Source: a bacterium
GTDB lineage: Bacteria; Krumholzibacteriota; Krumholzibacteriia; LZORAL124-64-63
Reading direction: 5' to 3'
Assembly (NCBI GenBank): GCA_016706845.1
Contig: JADJIV010000022.1
Span: forward strand, 412 to 64,411
DNA: 64,000 bases
The notes below the pieces were generated by a model. It was not told the origin of the DNA and searched no databases. It worked only from the letters and a program-made list of their open reading frames with translations. Shown in pieces: positions 45,139 through 54,614 of this stretch; the first letter of the stretch is position 1, and every line of letters starts with the position of its first letter. The position numbers were made by a program, and so were the translations under genes.

Positions 45139-45165
45139 TTATCGTCGGGCGGGGGGCGCACTTTA
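45139..45165 (-). promoter_or_regulatory. Sigma-28 (FliA)-type promoter upstream of motA
   Basis: The minus strand reads TAAA-gtgcgccccccgccc-GACGATAA. This is TAAA-N15-GCCGATAA with a single mismatch. The -10 element is about 74 nt upstream of ATG 45065. Confidence 0.55.
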
Positions 45166-45302
45166 ACCCGGAATGCCTTGCCGTGCCGGATGTTGCCGCG
45201 TCGCGCCCGCGGCGGGCCGGATTCCGGACCGGGCGCAGGCCGCCGGGGCGCCGTGCGGCGCAATTCGTTGCTATGAATACGGATAGAAGACTCGCGGCCC
45301 GG

Positions 45303-46802
45303 TCAGGCCGCCGGCGGGCGCCCGCGCAGGCGGCTGTGGCGGCGGCCGTAGGCCAGGTAGATCACCAGGCCGATGGCCAGCCAGACGAGCAGCCGCCACC
45401 AGTTGGCCACCGGCAGCGAGAACATCAGCATCAGGCAGGAGGCGATCCCCAGCAGCGGCACCACCGGGACCCAGGGGCAGCGGAAGGGGCGCGCGGCCCG
45501 CGGTTCGATGCGGCGCATGACCGGCACCGCGGCGCAGACGATCACGAAGGCGAACAGCGTCCCGATGTTGGTCATGTGCAGCAGGGAATCGATGGGCAGG
45601 AAACCGGCGAGCAGCACGACGAAGCCGCCGACGGCCAGCGTGCTCTTCCAGGGCGTGCGGAAGCGCGGGTGCACGGCCCCGAAGAACCGCGGCGAGATGA
45701 GCCCGTCGCGGGCCATGGCCAGCATCACGCGCGGCGCGCTGAGCAGCATCACCAGCAGCACCGACGTGATGCCGGCGACGCCGGCCGCGGCGATCAGGAA
45801 GCGCGCGTGGCCGAGCCCGCGCTGCGCGAAGGCCTGCGAAACGCCGGCGTTGGCGTCGATGGTGTCGTAGGGCACCATCCCGGTCAGCACGACCACCACC
45901 CCGACGTAGAGCACCGTGCAGACCAGCAGCGAGACGATGATCCCCAGCGGCACGTCGCGCTGCGGCCGGCGCGCCTCCTCCGCGTGCGTGGACACCGAGT
46001 CGAAGCCCAAAAACGCGAAGAAGATGATCGCCGCGCCGGCGAGCATGCCCACGGGCGTGCCCGCGGCCGAGGTCTGCCCGAACAAGGGCGTGCCGAAGAA
46101 GCCGACGCCCGTCCAGCCGTAGGGGGCGAAGTCGCGCGTCCAGTTGGCGGGGTCGACGTAGAAGGCGCCGACGATGATCACGAAGAGCACCGCCGACACC
46201 TTGACCCCCACCATCGCGAGGTTGAAGCGGGCGCTCTCGCGGATGCCCTTGACCAGCACCGCGGTGACGGCCGCGACGACCAGCACCGCCGGCAGGTTGA
46301 CGTACGAGCCGGTCCGCACGAATTCCCCGGCGGCGCCGTCGTAGCGCAGCGCCGCGCCCCCCAGGGCCGCCGGCACCCGCCAGCCGATGCCGGCGATCAC
46401 CTCCTGGAAGTAGCTGGACCAGCCGTTGGCCACCGTGGCCGCGCCGACGGCGTACTCGAGGATCAGGTCCCAGCCGATGATCCAGGCGAACAGCTCGCCC
46501 AGGGTGGCGTAGGCGTAGGTGTAGGCGCTGCCGGCCACCGGCGCCAGCGAGGCGAACTCGGCGTAGCAGAGGGCGGCGAAGACGCAGGTGATCCCGGCCA
46601 CGACGTAGGAGAGCATCAGCGCCGGCCCGGCCACGTGGCGCGCCGCCTCGCCCGTGGCCACGAAGATGCCCGCCCCGATGACGGCCCCGATCCCCAGGCT
46701 GGTCAGCGTGGCGGGTCCCAGGCAGCGGCGCAGGCGGTTGTCGCCGGCCATGTCGTCGAGCAGGTCCTGCAGGGGCTTGCGGGCGAAGATCTGCCGGGGC
46801 AC
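45303..46802 (-). CDS. APC-superfamily amino acid permease (cationic amino acid transporter-like)
   Basis: 499-aa ORF. LGPATLTSLGIGAVIGAGIFVATGEAA...LCYAEFASLAPVAGSAYTYAYATLGE...WDLILEY. Confidence 0.85.
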   Translation of the reverse strand: MPRQIFARKPLQDLLDDMAGDNRLRRCLGPATLTSLGIGAVIGAGIFVATGEAARHVAGPALMLSYVVAGITCVFAALCYAEFASLAPVAGSAYTYAYATLGELFAWIIGWDLILEYAVGAATVANGWSSYFQEVIAGIGWRVPAALGGAALRYDGAAGEFVRTGSYVNLPAVLVVAAVTAVLVKGIRESARFNLAMVGVKVSAVLFVIIVGAFYVDPANWTRDFAPYGWTGVGFFGTPLFGQTSAAGTPVGMLAGAAIIFFAFLGFDSVSTHAEEARRPQRDVPLGIIVSLLVCTVLYVGVVVVLTGMVPYDTIDANAGVSQAFAQRGLGHARFLIAAAGVAGITSVLLVMLLSAPRVMLAMARDGLISPRFFGAVHPRFRTPWKSTLAVGGFVVLLAGFLPIDSLLHMTNIGTLFAFVIVCAAVPVMRRIEPRAARPFRCPWVPVVPLLGIASCLMLMFSLPVANWWRLLVWLAIGLVIYLAYGRRHSRLRGRPPAA

Positions 46803-46983
46803 GCGGTCTCCTTCGCGGTCGGGGCGCCGGACCGGCGGAGTCTAGAGGGTCGGCGCGGCCGCGGCAACCGCCGATCGCGGGAGCGCCGATCACGGGCGTG
46901 TCTTGCCGGACCGGGCGAAAGCGCCTAGTCTACGGGATCGCCGCTTCGACGCGGCCCAAACCTCACCCGCGGAGAGACGACGC

Positions 46984-47621
46984 ATGGGCATCACCGGGAA
47001 TTCGTCGCCGAGCACGCCACCGCGTTCATCGACGCCACGGGCTACGCCAGCGTCTTCTGGCTGATGGTGCTGGAGAGCATGGTCTTCCCCATCCCGAGCG
47101 AGGCGGTCATGCCCTTCGCCGGCTTCCTGATCACCACCGGGCGCTTCACGCTCTTCGGGGTCATCGTCGCCAGCACCCTGGGCAGCATCGTGGGCTCGCT
47201 GCTCTCCTACGCCATGGGCGCCTTCGGCGGCGAGCCCTTCTTCCGCCGCTTCGGCAAGTACTTCCTGCTGGACATGCACGAACTCGAGGCGACCCAGCGC
47301 TACTTCCGCAAGCACGGCCAGATCACGATCCTCACCTGCCGCTTCATCCCCGTGGTGCGGCACCTGATCTCGATCCCGGCCGGCGTCGGCCGCATGCGCC
47401 TGCTGCCGTTCCTGATCTTCACGACGATCGGCGCCGGCCTCTGGAACACCGCCCTGGCCCTGGCCGGCGCGGCGCTGAAGCAGAACTGGGAAGCGGTGAT
47501 GGAGCACAGCCACGCCATCGACGTGGCCGTGCTGATCATCCTGGCCGCGCTGGCGGCGGTGTTCTTCGTGCGGCACTGGCGGCGCTGGAAGAAGCGGCAG
47601 GCCGCCGAGGTGCAACGATGA
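46984..47621 (+). pseudogene. DedA/VTT-domain family membrane protein, frameshifted a few codons after the start as assembled
   Basis: GGAGAG SD (46971-46976) and ATG 46984 give MGITG..., then a stop. Shifting by one base at the GGG run (46996-46998) gives MGITGEFVAEHATAFIDATGYASVFWLMVLESMVFPIPSE..., continuous with ORF 47064..47621 (...CRFIPVVRHLISIPAGVGRM...). Confidence 0.75.
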
Positions 47622-49138
47622 CGATCACGACCCCCGACTGGGTCCAGGACGCCGTGTTCTACCAGATCTTCCCCGACCGCTTCGCCCGCAGCGGCCGCGC
47701 CGGCGCCGACGGGCTGCGCCTGGAGCCGTGGGACGCGCCGCCGACCTACCACGGGTTCAAGGGCGGCGACCTCTTCGGCGTCGCCGACCGCCTGGACTAC
47801 CTGCAGGACCTGGGCGTCACGGCGCTCTACCTCAACCCGATCTTCGCCTCGGCGGCCAACCACCGCTACCACACCTACGACTACCACCACGTCGATCCCG
47901 TCCTGGGCGGCGACGCGGCCCTGCGCGAGCTGATCGACCGCGCCCACGCGCGCGGCATGCGCGTGGTGCCGGACGGGGTCTTCAACCACACCGGCCGCGG
48001 CTTCTGGCAGTTCCACCACACCCTGGAGAACGGCGCCGCCTCCCCGTACCTCGACTGGTTCCACTTCGACCCCGATCGCCTGCGCGACCGGCGGCAGATC
48101 GTGGCCTATCCCGATCCGGGCTCCGAGCAGGCGCTCGCCAACGGCGCGGGCAGCCTGCGGGCGCTGGGCTACCAGGCGTGGTGGGACCTGCCCGCCCTGC
48201 CCAAGCTCGACACGCGCACGCCGGCGGTGCGCGAGTTCATCTGGGACGTGGCGCGGCGCTGGATCGAGTTCGGCTGCGACGGCTGGCGGCTGGACGTGCC
48301 GCAGGAGATCGACGACGACGGGTTCTGGCGCGAGTTCCGCCGCCGCGTCAAGGACGCCGATCCGGACGCCTACATCGTCGGGGAGATCTGGCACGAGGCC
48401 GGGCGCTGGCTGCGGGGCGACCAGTTCGACGCCGTGATGAACTATCCGGTCGCGCAGGCCTGCCTCGGCTTCTTCGGCGGCGACCGCCTCGACCTGGCCG
48501 AGACCCGCCGCGCCGGCGGCTACCGCGACCTGCAACCGCTGGACGCGGAAGGGTTCGCGGCGCGCATCGACGCGGAGCTGGGCCGCTACGACCCCCGGGT
48601 CACGCAGTCCCAGCTCAACCTGCTGGGCAGCCACGACACGCCACGCTTCGTCACCAGCGTCGGCGGCGACCGCGCCGCGCTGCGGCTGGCCACCCTGTTC
48701 CTGTTCGCCTACCCGGGCGCGCCGTGCATCTACTACGGGGACGAGATCGGCCTGGCGGGCGGCCACGACCCCCACTGCCGCGGCGCCTTCCCCTGGGATG
48801 AGGCGGCGTGGGACCACGAGCTGCACGCCCACGTGCGGCGCTGCGCCGCCTTGCGTCGCGACCATCCGGCGCTGCGTCGCGGCACCTACCACCGGCTGTA
48901 CGCGCAGGACGGCGTGTACGGTTTCGCGCGCCGCCTGGGCGACGAGACGCTGCTGGTCGCCCTGAACGCCGCGACCACCGCGCGCACGATCGACCTGCCG
49001 CTGCCGGCCGGCGTCCGGCCCGACGCCGTCCTGGCGGATGTGCTGGACGGAGGGGCGCCGACGGTCGCCGTCGCCGGCGTCGCGACGGGGTTGAGGCTGG
49101 CGCCGCGCAGCGGCGTCGTGCTCAAGGTCGCGGGCTGA
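47618..49138 (+). CDS. GH13 alpha-amylase-family glycoside hydrolase (cytoplasmic, neopullulanase/maltodextrin-glucosidase-like)
   Basis: ATG 47618 overlaps the dedA stop (ATGA). MTITTPDWVQDAVFYQIFPDRF. Regions I-IV: DGVFNHTG, GWRLDVPQE, VGEIWH, LLGSHDTPR. Confidence 0.88.
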   Translation: MTITTPDWVQDAVFYQIFPDRFARSGRAGADGLRLEPWDAPPTYHGFKGGDLFGVADRLDYLQDLGVTALYLNPIFASAANHRYHTYDYHHVDPVLGGDAALRELIDRAHARGMRVVPDGVFNHTGRGFWQFHHTLENGAASPYLDWFHFDPDRLRDRRQIVAYPDPGSEQALANGAGSLRALGYQAWWDLPALPKLDTRTPAVREFIWDVARRWIEFGCDGWRLDVPQEIDDDGFWREFRRRVKDADPDAYIVGEIWHEAGRWLRGDQFDAVMNYPVAQACLGFFGGDRLDLAETRRAGGYRDLQPLDAEGFAARIDAELGRYDPRVTQSQLNLLGSHDTPRFVTSVGGDRAALRLATLFLFAYPGAPCIYYGDEIGLAGGHDPHCRGAFPWDEAAWDHELHAHVRRCAALRRDHPALRRGTYHRLYAQDGVYGFARRLGDETLLVALNAATTARTIDLPLPAGVRPDAVLADVLDGGAPTVAVAGVATGLRLAPRSGVVLKVAG

Positions 49139-49172
49139 AGCGGGATCGTTCCTGCACCCATTGTGAGGAACC

Positions 49173-50909
49173 ATGAAACATCGCGAAGCGGTCCTGGTCG
49201 CGCTCGCACTGACGCTGCTGCCCGGCCTGTCCGGCGCCGCGTCGGCGGATCTGCGCGTCGTCTACGGCATCATCGTCAACGGGCAGGCGGCGCCCGAGGA
49301 GGGGCGCCCCGTCGTCGAGACGGCGGGCGGCGTCGTGCGCGTGAGCAACGAGCCGGCGGCGGGCTGGCGCGACGGCGCGCCGCGCGAGACGTCCTACCTC
49401 GACTACGGCACCGGCCGCACCTGGCAGACGGCGCTGCTGAAGGACGGCACGCGCTGCACGGTGGAGACGGCCTTCGCCTCGCTGACGCCGCTGACGCCGA
49501 CCGACGAGACGGCGACCATCCTGGGCCGTGTCTGCCGCAAGTCGACCTGCGAGATCCGGTCGAACCGGATCGAGGTCTGGCACACCGAAGGCGACGGCGG
49601 GCGGGGCACGCCCACGACGAACCTCGTGGCGCCGCAGGGACTGGTGCTGCGGATCGTGCGCAACGGGAACTACGAGATCGTCGCGCAGTCGATCGAGCCG
49701 GCGACGGGCGAACCGGTCCGGCTGCCGGCCGCGTGGGGCGATGCGGTCGACCTGCCCGCCTACCGTGCGCGGGTGGCCGGGAGCTGGGTCACCGCGGTGC
49801 CGGTCTTCGAGGGCGAGACCATCAACTTCGGCCAGGAGCTCGCGCCGCCCGCCGCGGATGACCCCGCAGCCCCGCGCAGCCCCGTCTACCGCCACGCCGG
49901 CGGCACCGTGATCCTGCGCCGCGTGCGCCTGCCGCAGGACCTCGACGACGCGACGATCATCGCCGAGCTCGTGCAGTACAGCCGCGGCGACGCCTACGAC
50001 CGCACGGGCTCGGTGTTCGTCGTGCCCGCCGCGCGCGACGGCGACCGCACGACCTTCCTGGACGCGCTGCACCGCGGCGTCGCGGTCCTGCCGACCGTCG
50101 CCGGGCGGGACGGCCGGACCTACCAGGGCATCGTCGCCACCGGCGACTACCAGCCGCCGGTCGAGCTGCTGCGCTTCATCACGCCCTTCGGCGTGCGCCA
50201 CTTCAACGACCAGGTCACGGTGCGCGGCATCGCCTGGGAGGACTCCGCCGTCTACCGCGCGGACGTGACCGAGCTGGCCCCGCTGCTGCGCGGCGACGCC
50301 TGGATCGGCGTCTTCATCGGCAACTACGACCAAGGCGGGCACGCCGTCAGCCTGACCCTGCGCTACCACCCCAACCGGCGCGAGGCCGGCGGCGGGGATG
50401 CGCCACGGCGCTTCGCCCTGCCGCTGTTCAACACCTGCAACGTCCTGGAGATGGCCGGCCAGGAGTACGGCCGGATCTTCGCCGCCGACTCGCTCACCGT
50501 CGACTTCGAGGTGCCCGACGGCGCCCGCGACTGCGTGCTGCGGTTCATCACCACCGGCCACGGCGGCTGGGAGAACGGCGACGAGTTCGTGCCGAAGGTG
50601 AACGAGATCCTCATCGACGGGCGCACCGCGGCGCGCCTGGTTCCCTGGCGCAGCGACTGCGGCGCCTACCGCCGCCTCAACCCCGCCTCGGGCAACTTCT
50701 GGAACGGGATGAGCTCGTCCGACTTCAGCCGCTCGGGCTGGTGCCCGGGGGCAGCCGTGAGCGCGGTGCCGGTGCCGCTGCCGGGGCTGACGCCCGGCCG
50801 CCACACGGTGCGCGTCGCGATCCCGCTGGGCGAGCCTGAGGGCGACAGCTTCAGCGCCTGGAACGTGTCGGGGGTGCTGGTGGGCGAGCGGCAGGCGGCG
50901 GGGCGGTGA
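49173..50909 (+). CDS. Secreted protein with a PNGase-F-like (peptide-N-glycosidase F C-terminal type) domain
   Basis: 578-aa ORF. MKHREAVLVALALTLLPGLSGAASA signal. C-terminal half: ...RFITTGHGGWENGDEFVPKVNEILIDG...WRSDCG...NPASGNFWNG...DFSRSGWCPGAAV, which I recognise as the PNGase-F-type pattern. This is from memory and is not verified. Confidence 0.5.
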   Translation: MKHREAVLVALALTLLPGLSGAASADLRVVYGIIVNGQAAPEEGRPVVETAGGVVRVSNEPAAGWRDGAPRETSYLDYGTGRTWQTALLKDGTRCTVETAFASLTPLTPTDETATILGRVCRKSTCEIRSNRIEVWHTEGDGGRGTPTTNLVAPQGLVLRIVRNGNYEIVAQSIEPATGEPVRLPAAWGDAVDLPAYRARVAGSWVTAVPVFEGETINFGQELAPPAADDPAAPRSPVYRHAGGTVILRRVRLPQDLDDATIIAELVQYSRGDAYDRTGSVFVVPAARDGDRTTFLDALHRGVAVLPTVAGRDGRTYQGIVATGDYQPPVELLRFITPFGVRHFNDQVTVRGIAWEDSAVYRADVTELAPLLRGDAWIGVFIGNYDQGGHAVSLTLRYHPNRREAGGGDAPRRFALPLFNTCNVLEMAGQEYGRIFAADSLTVDFEVPDGARDCVLRFITTGHGGWENGDEFVPKVNEILIDGRTAARLVPWRSDCGAYRRLNPASGNFWNGMSSSDFSRSGWCPGAAVSAVPVPLPGLTPGRHTVRVAIPLGEPEGDSFSAWNVSGVLVGERQAAGR

Positions 50910-50919
50910 CCGCCGTGCA

Positions 50920-50949
50920 TTGACGCGGCGGGCGGGGTCGGCGTATGAT
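50920..50949 (+). promoter_or_regulatory. Putative sigma-70 promoter (TTGACG-18 nt-TATGAT)
   Basis: caTTGACGcggcgggcggggtcggcgTATGATgacgccatcat, 60 nt upstream of ATG 51009. It overlaps the palindrome ATGATG-acgc-CATCAT. Confidence 0.4.
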
Positions 50950-51008
50950 GACGCCATCATATTGATAACGGGTATCGCAGCACCATCACTGCAGCCGGGG
51001 AGGCGACC

Positions 51009-53798
51009 ATGTCGCACCGCTCCTTCGCGCGTAGTTTCTTCCGCATGCCCGTTGTCGCTGTCGCGTTCGTTCTGATCGCCGTGGCAGTCTCCCCGATGGC
51101 CGCCGGCGCGACCGGCAACGAGAACTGGTCGAGGGAATTCGGCCGCCAGTACGATCTCGACGGGGGCGTCCTCGCATCGACGATGTTCGAAGGCCAGCTG
51201 ATCGTGGGTGGCTATTTCACCTCCAACGGCAGCACGGCGCTCCATGGCGTCGCGCGCTGGAGCGGCACGGGCTGGCGCCCAATGGGCGCCGGCATCCCCA
51301 GCGGCACCGTCAGGTCCCTGGCCGTCTACCAGGGCGCCCTCTACGCGAACGGATGGCGCTGGGATGGCGAGGTTTGGACCAACACCCTGGTGGTCGACGG
51401 GCAGGTGGACTGCCTGGCGGTGCACGATGGTTCGCTTCGTGGCCGGCGGCCTGTTCACGTCAACCCGCGGCGTGCCCGCGGACAACCTGCTCGCCTGGGA
51501 CGGCGTCGATGTCGCCGAGCTCGGTGGAGGCTGCAACAACAGGGTCCAGGCCCTGGCCTCCGACGGCGCACGACTCTACGCAGGCGGGTCCTTCACGCAG
51601 GCGGGCGACGTCGCGGCCCAGCGCATCGCCGGCTGGGATGGGACCTCGTGGTCCGACCTCGCCGGGGGCATCAGCGGGGACCTGTTCTGGTGCTGTGTCG
51701 ATTATCAAGAGTCGTATACCTACCGGGCGAGCGTCGATGCGCTTCGCTGCCGCCGCCGACGATGGTCTGTACGTCGGCGGCCAGTTCCAACTGGCCGGCG
51801 GGGACTCCATCTCCGCACTGGCCCGCTGGGACGGCACGACCTGGCACGAACCGGAAGGTCTGGCGCTCGGGGGAGTCTGGGTATGGTACGGTGGGAACGC
51901 CTACCAGTATTATCCGCCCAATGTCCACGCCCTGGCGACGGACCCTTCCGGCGGGCTCATCGCGGGCGGCAGCTTCAAGGCGCAGAACCAGCAACATTAC
52001 GGTCTTGTCCGACACGACGAAGCCGGCTGGAGCGTGGTGGGTGGCGGCACCGGTCCCTACCGGGACGACTCCGCGCCCAGCATCCACACGCTGCCGCCTA
52101 CGCAAACCGGGCTGATCGTGGGCGGCTGGTTCCCGCAGATCGGCGACATCGACGCCGTCAACGCCGCGCGGTGGGATGGATCCGGCTGGTCGCCGCTCGT
52201 CAACGAACACGGGCTGGGCACCGACGGCTACGTCTTCACCAGCCTGGAGTACCAGGGCGACCTGGTCTTCGCCGGCGGCTTCGGGAACGCGGGCGGGTTG
52301 CCGGCCGGTTGCCTCGCCGCATTTCACGATGACCACTGGGAGAACATCGGCGTGCACGGGGTCGCAGGATCCTGGCCGCGGATCCGCGATGCATGGTGGA
52401 GTTCGAACAGGATCTCGTGGTCGCCGGCAAGCTCACTGCGGCGGACGGCGTTCCTGGTCTCAACATCGCCTCGCTGGGACGGCGTCTCCCGGCAGGCGAT
52501 GGGTGCCGGCCTGCCCTGCACCGAAGTGGCCGCGCCTGCGTGCACCAGGGTTGGCTTTACGCGGCCGGCGGGGATCTGCTCTTATCCCCTCCCACCGCAG
52601 GAAGGCGAAGCGACCGCCCAATCAGGGTTTCGTCTATCGCTGGGACGGCGCGACCTGGGAGCAGATCATCGTCACCGACGAGTACCTCGAAGGGGCGGTG
52701 AGCGACCTCGTCTCGTACAACGGGGAACTGATCGTCGCCGGTTCGTTCACGACGGCCAACGAGCAACCCATGCGCGGGTTGCTGGCCTGGGATGGCACGG
52801 CGTGCCGGGAGTTCGGCGGCGGCGTCCTGTACTGGGCCCGCTGCCTGCTGGCGGTCGACGACGACCTCTACGTCGGCGGCAGGCTCATCGAAACCGGCGA
52901 TCTGCTCGTGAACAACCTCGCGCGCTGGGACGGCGCGGCCTGGCACGACGTCGCCGGCGGCCTCCGCGGCTTCATGTCCAATTACGGCGTCTTCACCCTG
53001 GCCGAGACGGGAGGCCGCCTCTGCGTCGGCGGACGGGTCTACATGGCCGACGACGTCCCGGCCGACAACGTGGCCATCCTGGATCACGGTACCTGGAGCG
53101 CCCTGGGCAGCGGGGCCGGCCCGACCGTGATCACGCTGGCCTGGCGGCACGGCGACCTGTATGTCGGCGGCGCGATCGATATGGCCGGCAGCCAGATCGT
53201 CGGCGGCATCTCCTGCTGGGACGGACTCGCGGTGCCGGTGGCGGTGTCGGAGTTCAGCGGCCGGCGCGACGGCTTCATGGTGGAACTGCGGTGGACCGCC
53301 TCCCAGGATCTTTCGGGCGGCGGCTTCATCGTCTGGCGTGACGACACCGCAGGCGTACCACAACCGCTGGATGTCGGACCGGTCGTCGACGGCGAAGCTT
53401 ACCTCTGCCGCGATGACGCCGCGCCGGCCGCTGCGACGCTGTACCGTCTGCAGTGGCAGCGCGACGACGGCGCGACCGAGTGGCTGGCGGAGGCGACCAT
53501 CGGCGCGGCCGAACTGCCGCGCGCGGTCCGCTTCGCCGGCGTCCATCCCAATCCCTTCAACCCCCGCGTCACGGCCGCCTTCGTCGTCGGCGCGCCGCAA
53601 AGGGTGCGCATCGCCGTCGCGGACGCGCGGGGCCGCGAGGTGGCCGTGCTGGCCGACCGGCAATGCGAAGCCGGCCGGCACGAGGTCGTCTGGGAGGGAC
53701 GCGACGGCGACGGCCGCGCGCTGCCGGCGGGCGTCTATTTCCTGAGCCTGAGGGGAGACGACGGGCGGGATACGGTCAAGGTGGTGCTCGTGCAGTGA
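51009..53798 (+). pseudogene. Large beta-propeller-like repeat protein (A-x-W-D-G-x-x-W ... L-Y-x-G-G-x-F repeats) with a T9SS/FlgD-type CTD. At least six frameshifts as assembled.
   Basis: The sensible sequence hops frames: 0 (51009 to ~51431, MSHRSFARSFFRMPVVAVAFVLIAVAVSP...ARWSGTGWRPMG), 1 (RFVAGGLFTSTRGVPADNLLAWDG...), 2 from ~51720 (...DDGLYVGGQFQLAGGDSISALARWDGTTW...), 1 from ~52392 (MVEFEQDLVVAGKL...), 2 from ~52467 (WDGVSRQAMGAGL), 1 from ~52520 (ACVHQGWLYAAGG), and 0 from ~52560-52620 (NQGFVYRWDGATWEQ... to the end). The end reads VHPNPFNPRV...LPAGVYFLSLRGDDGRDTVKVVLVQ. Confidence 0.7.
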
Positions 53799-53826
53799 GA
53801 ATCCCGGGAAAGTCGGAGGGTGAATC

Positions 53827-54444
53827 TTGATCAACTACCGGATACCGGTCGGCGCCGTTGCGGTGTGCGTGATGTGGTGGTCGTCCGCGGCATGCCAGCC
53901 TCTTCCGCCCGAGGTCGATAGCTACTTCGAGGCGGATCACGAGGGATGGATCGCTACGGGAGGCCAGATCGCCCATCACGACGACGGCGGGTACGAGAAC
54001 GGCTACCTCGAATTCGAAGACACCACCGCCGACGACGGCTACCTCACGGCGCCGGTGCAGTACCTGGGAGATCTCAGGGGTTACGTATCAGGCATCTTCC
54101 GCTTCCACCTCAAGACCACCCACGACAACGGCGGGGCGATGCAATCGCTATGGGGCCGCGTGGAAATCCGTTCGGGCCCGTCGATCGCGACGATGGACAT
54201 CGTCCCTCAGGAGCAGCTGGCGGGCTGGACGACATTCATCATGGAACTCTACCCATCACTCTGGGGCTGCGAACCCCTGCAGTGGATATCGCTGCTGTCG
54301 AACGTAACCGAGATCCGCATCTACGTGGACGCCCAGGAGGGCGTTCTCGATCGCGTCGGCCTCGATCACGTCAGGATGTATCCCGCCGAGATTCCGACAG
54401 AATCCTGGAGCTGGGGCGCGGTCAAGGGGTTGTACGGGCGCTGA
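53827..54444 (+). CDS. Small secreted or lipoprotein-like hypothetical protein ending in a SWGAVKGLYGR tail
   Basis: 205-aa ORF with TTG start. MINYRIPVGAVAVCVMWWSSAAC is signal- or lipobox-like. No family recognised. Confidence 0.5.
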   Translation: MINYRIPVGAVAVCVMWWSSAACQPLPPEVDSYFEADHEGWIATGGQIAHHDDGGYENGYLEFEDTTADDGYLTAPVQYLGDLRGYVSGIFRFHLKTTHDNGGAMQSLWGRVEIRSGPSIATMDIVPQEQLAGWTTFIMELYPSLWGCEPLQWISLLSNVTEIRIYVDAQEGVLDRVGLDHVRMYPAEIPTESWSWGAVKGLYGR

Positions 54445-54614
54445 TTCTTCAAGAGACCAGTCGATCGCGTATACGGCGGATTGGGTAACCGCGCACAAAT
54501 AACGTGACCGGCCACACCCGATACCAACGACACGATCAGGATGCCGAGGCGATGGCGCGGTGGCCGGATGCCGGCCGACGTGACGGCGATGAGAACGCCG
54601 CGAACGCCGCCCGC

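Noticed and set aside
43476-46928. Very long ORFs antisense to or out of frame with recognisable genes. Examples: 43476..46928 (+, 1150 aa), 54504..57299 (+, 931 aa), 32861..35623 (+, 920 aa), 11176..13875 (-, 899 aa), 57397..59991 (+, 864 aa), 23131..26226 (+, 1031 aa), 19377..21554 (+, 725 aa), 2126..3904 (-, 592 aa), 7746..9494 (-, 582 aa).
   Set aside because: All are Arg/Gly/Ala/Pro/His/Asp-rich low-complexity translations with no motifs. Each lies opposite or overlapping a gene with clear family signatures. Stop codons are rare in GC-rich DNA, so such shadow ORFs are expected.
51009-53798. DNA-level tandem repeat or CRISPR-like array in the propeller gene
   Set aside because: The periodicity is at the protein level (~45-aa degenerate repeats). 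The nucleotide sequences of the repeat units are not conserved enough to be a DNA repeat, and there is no repeat-spacer structure.
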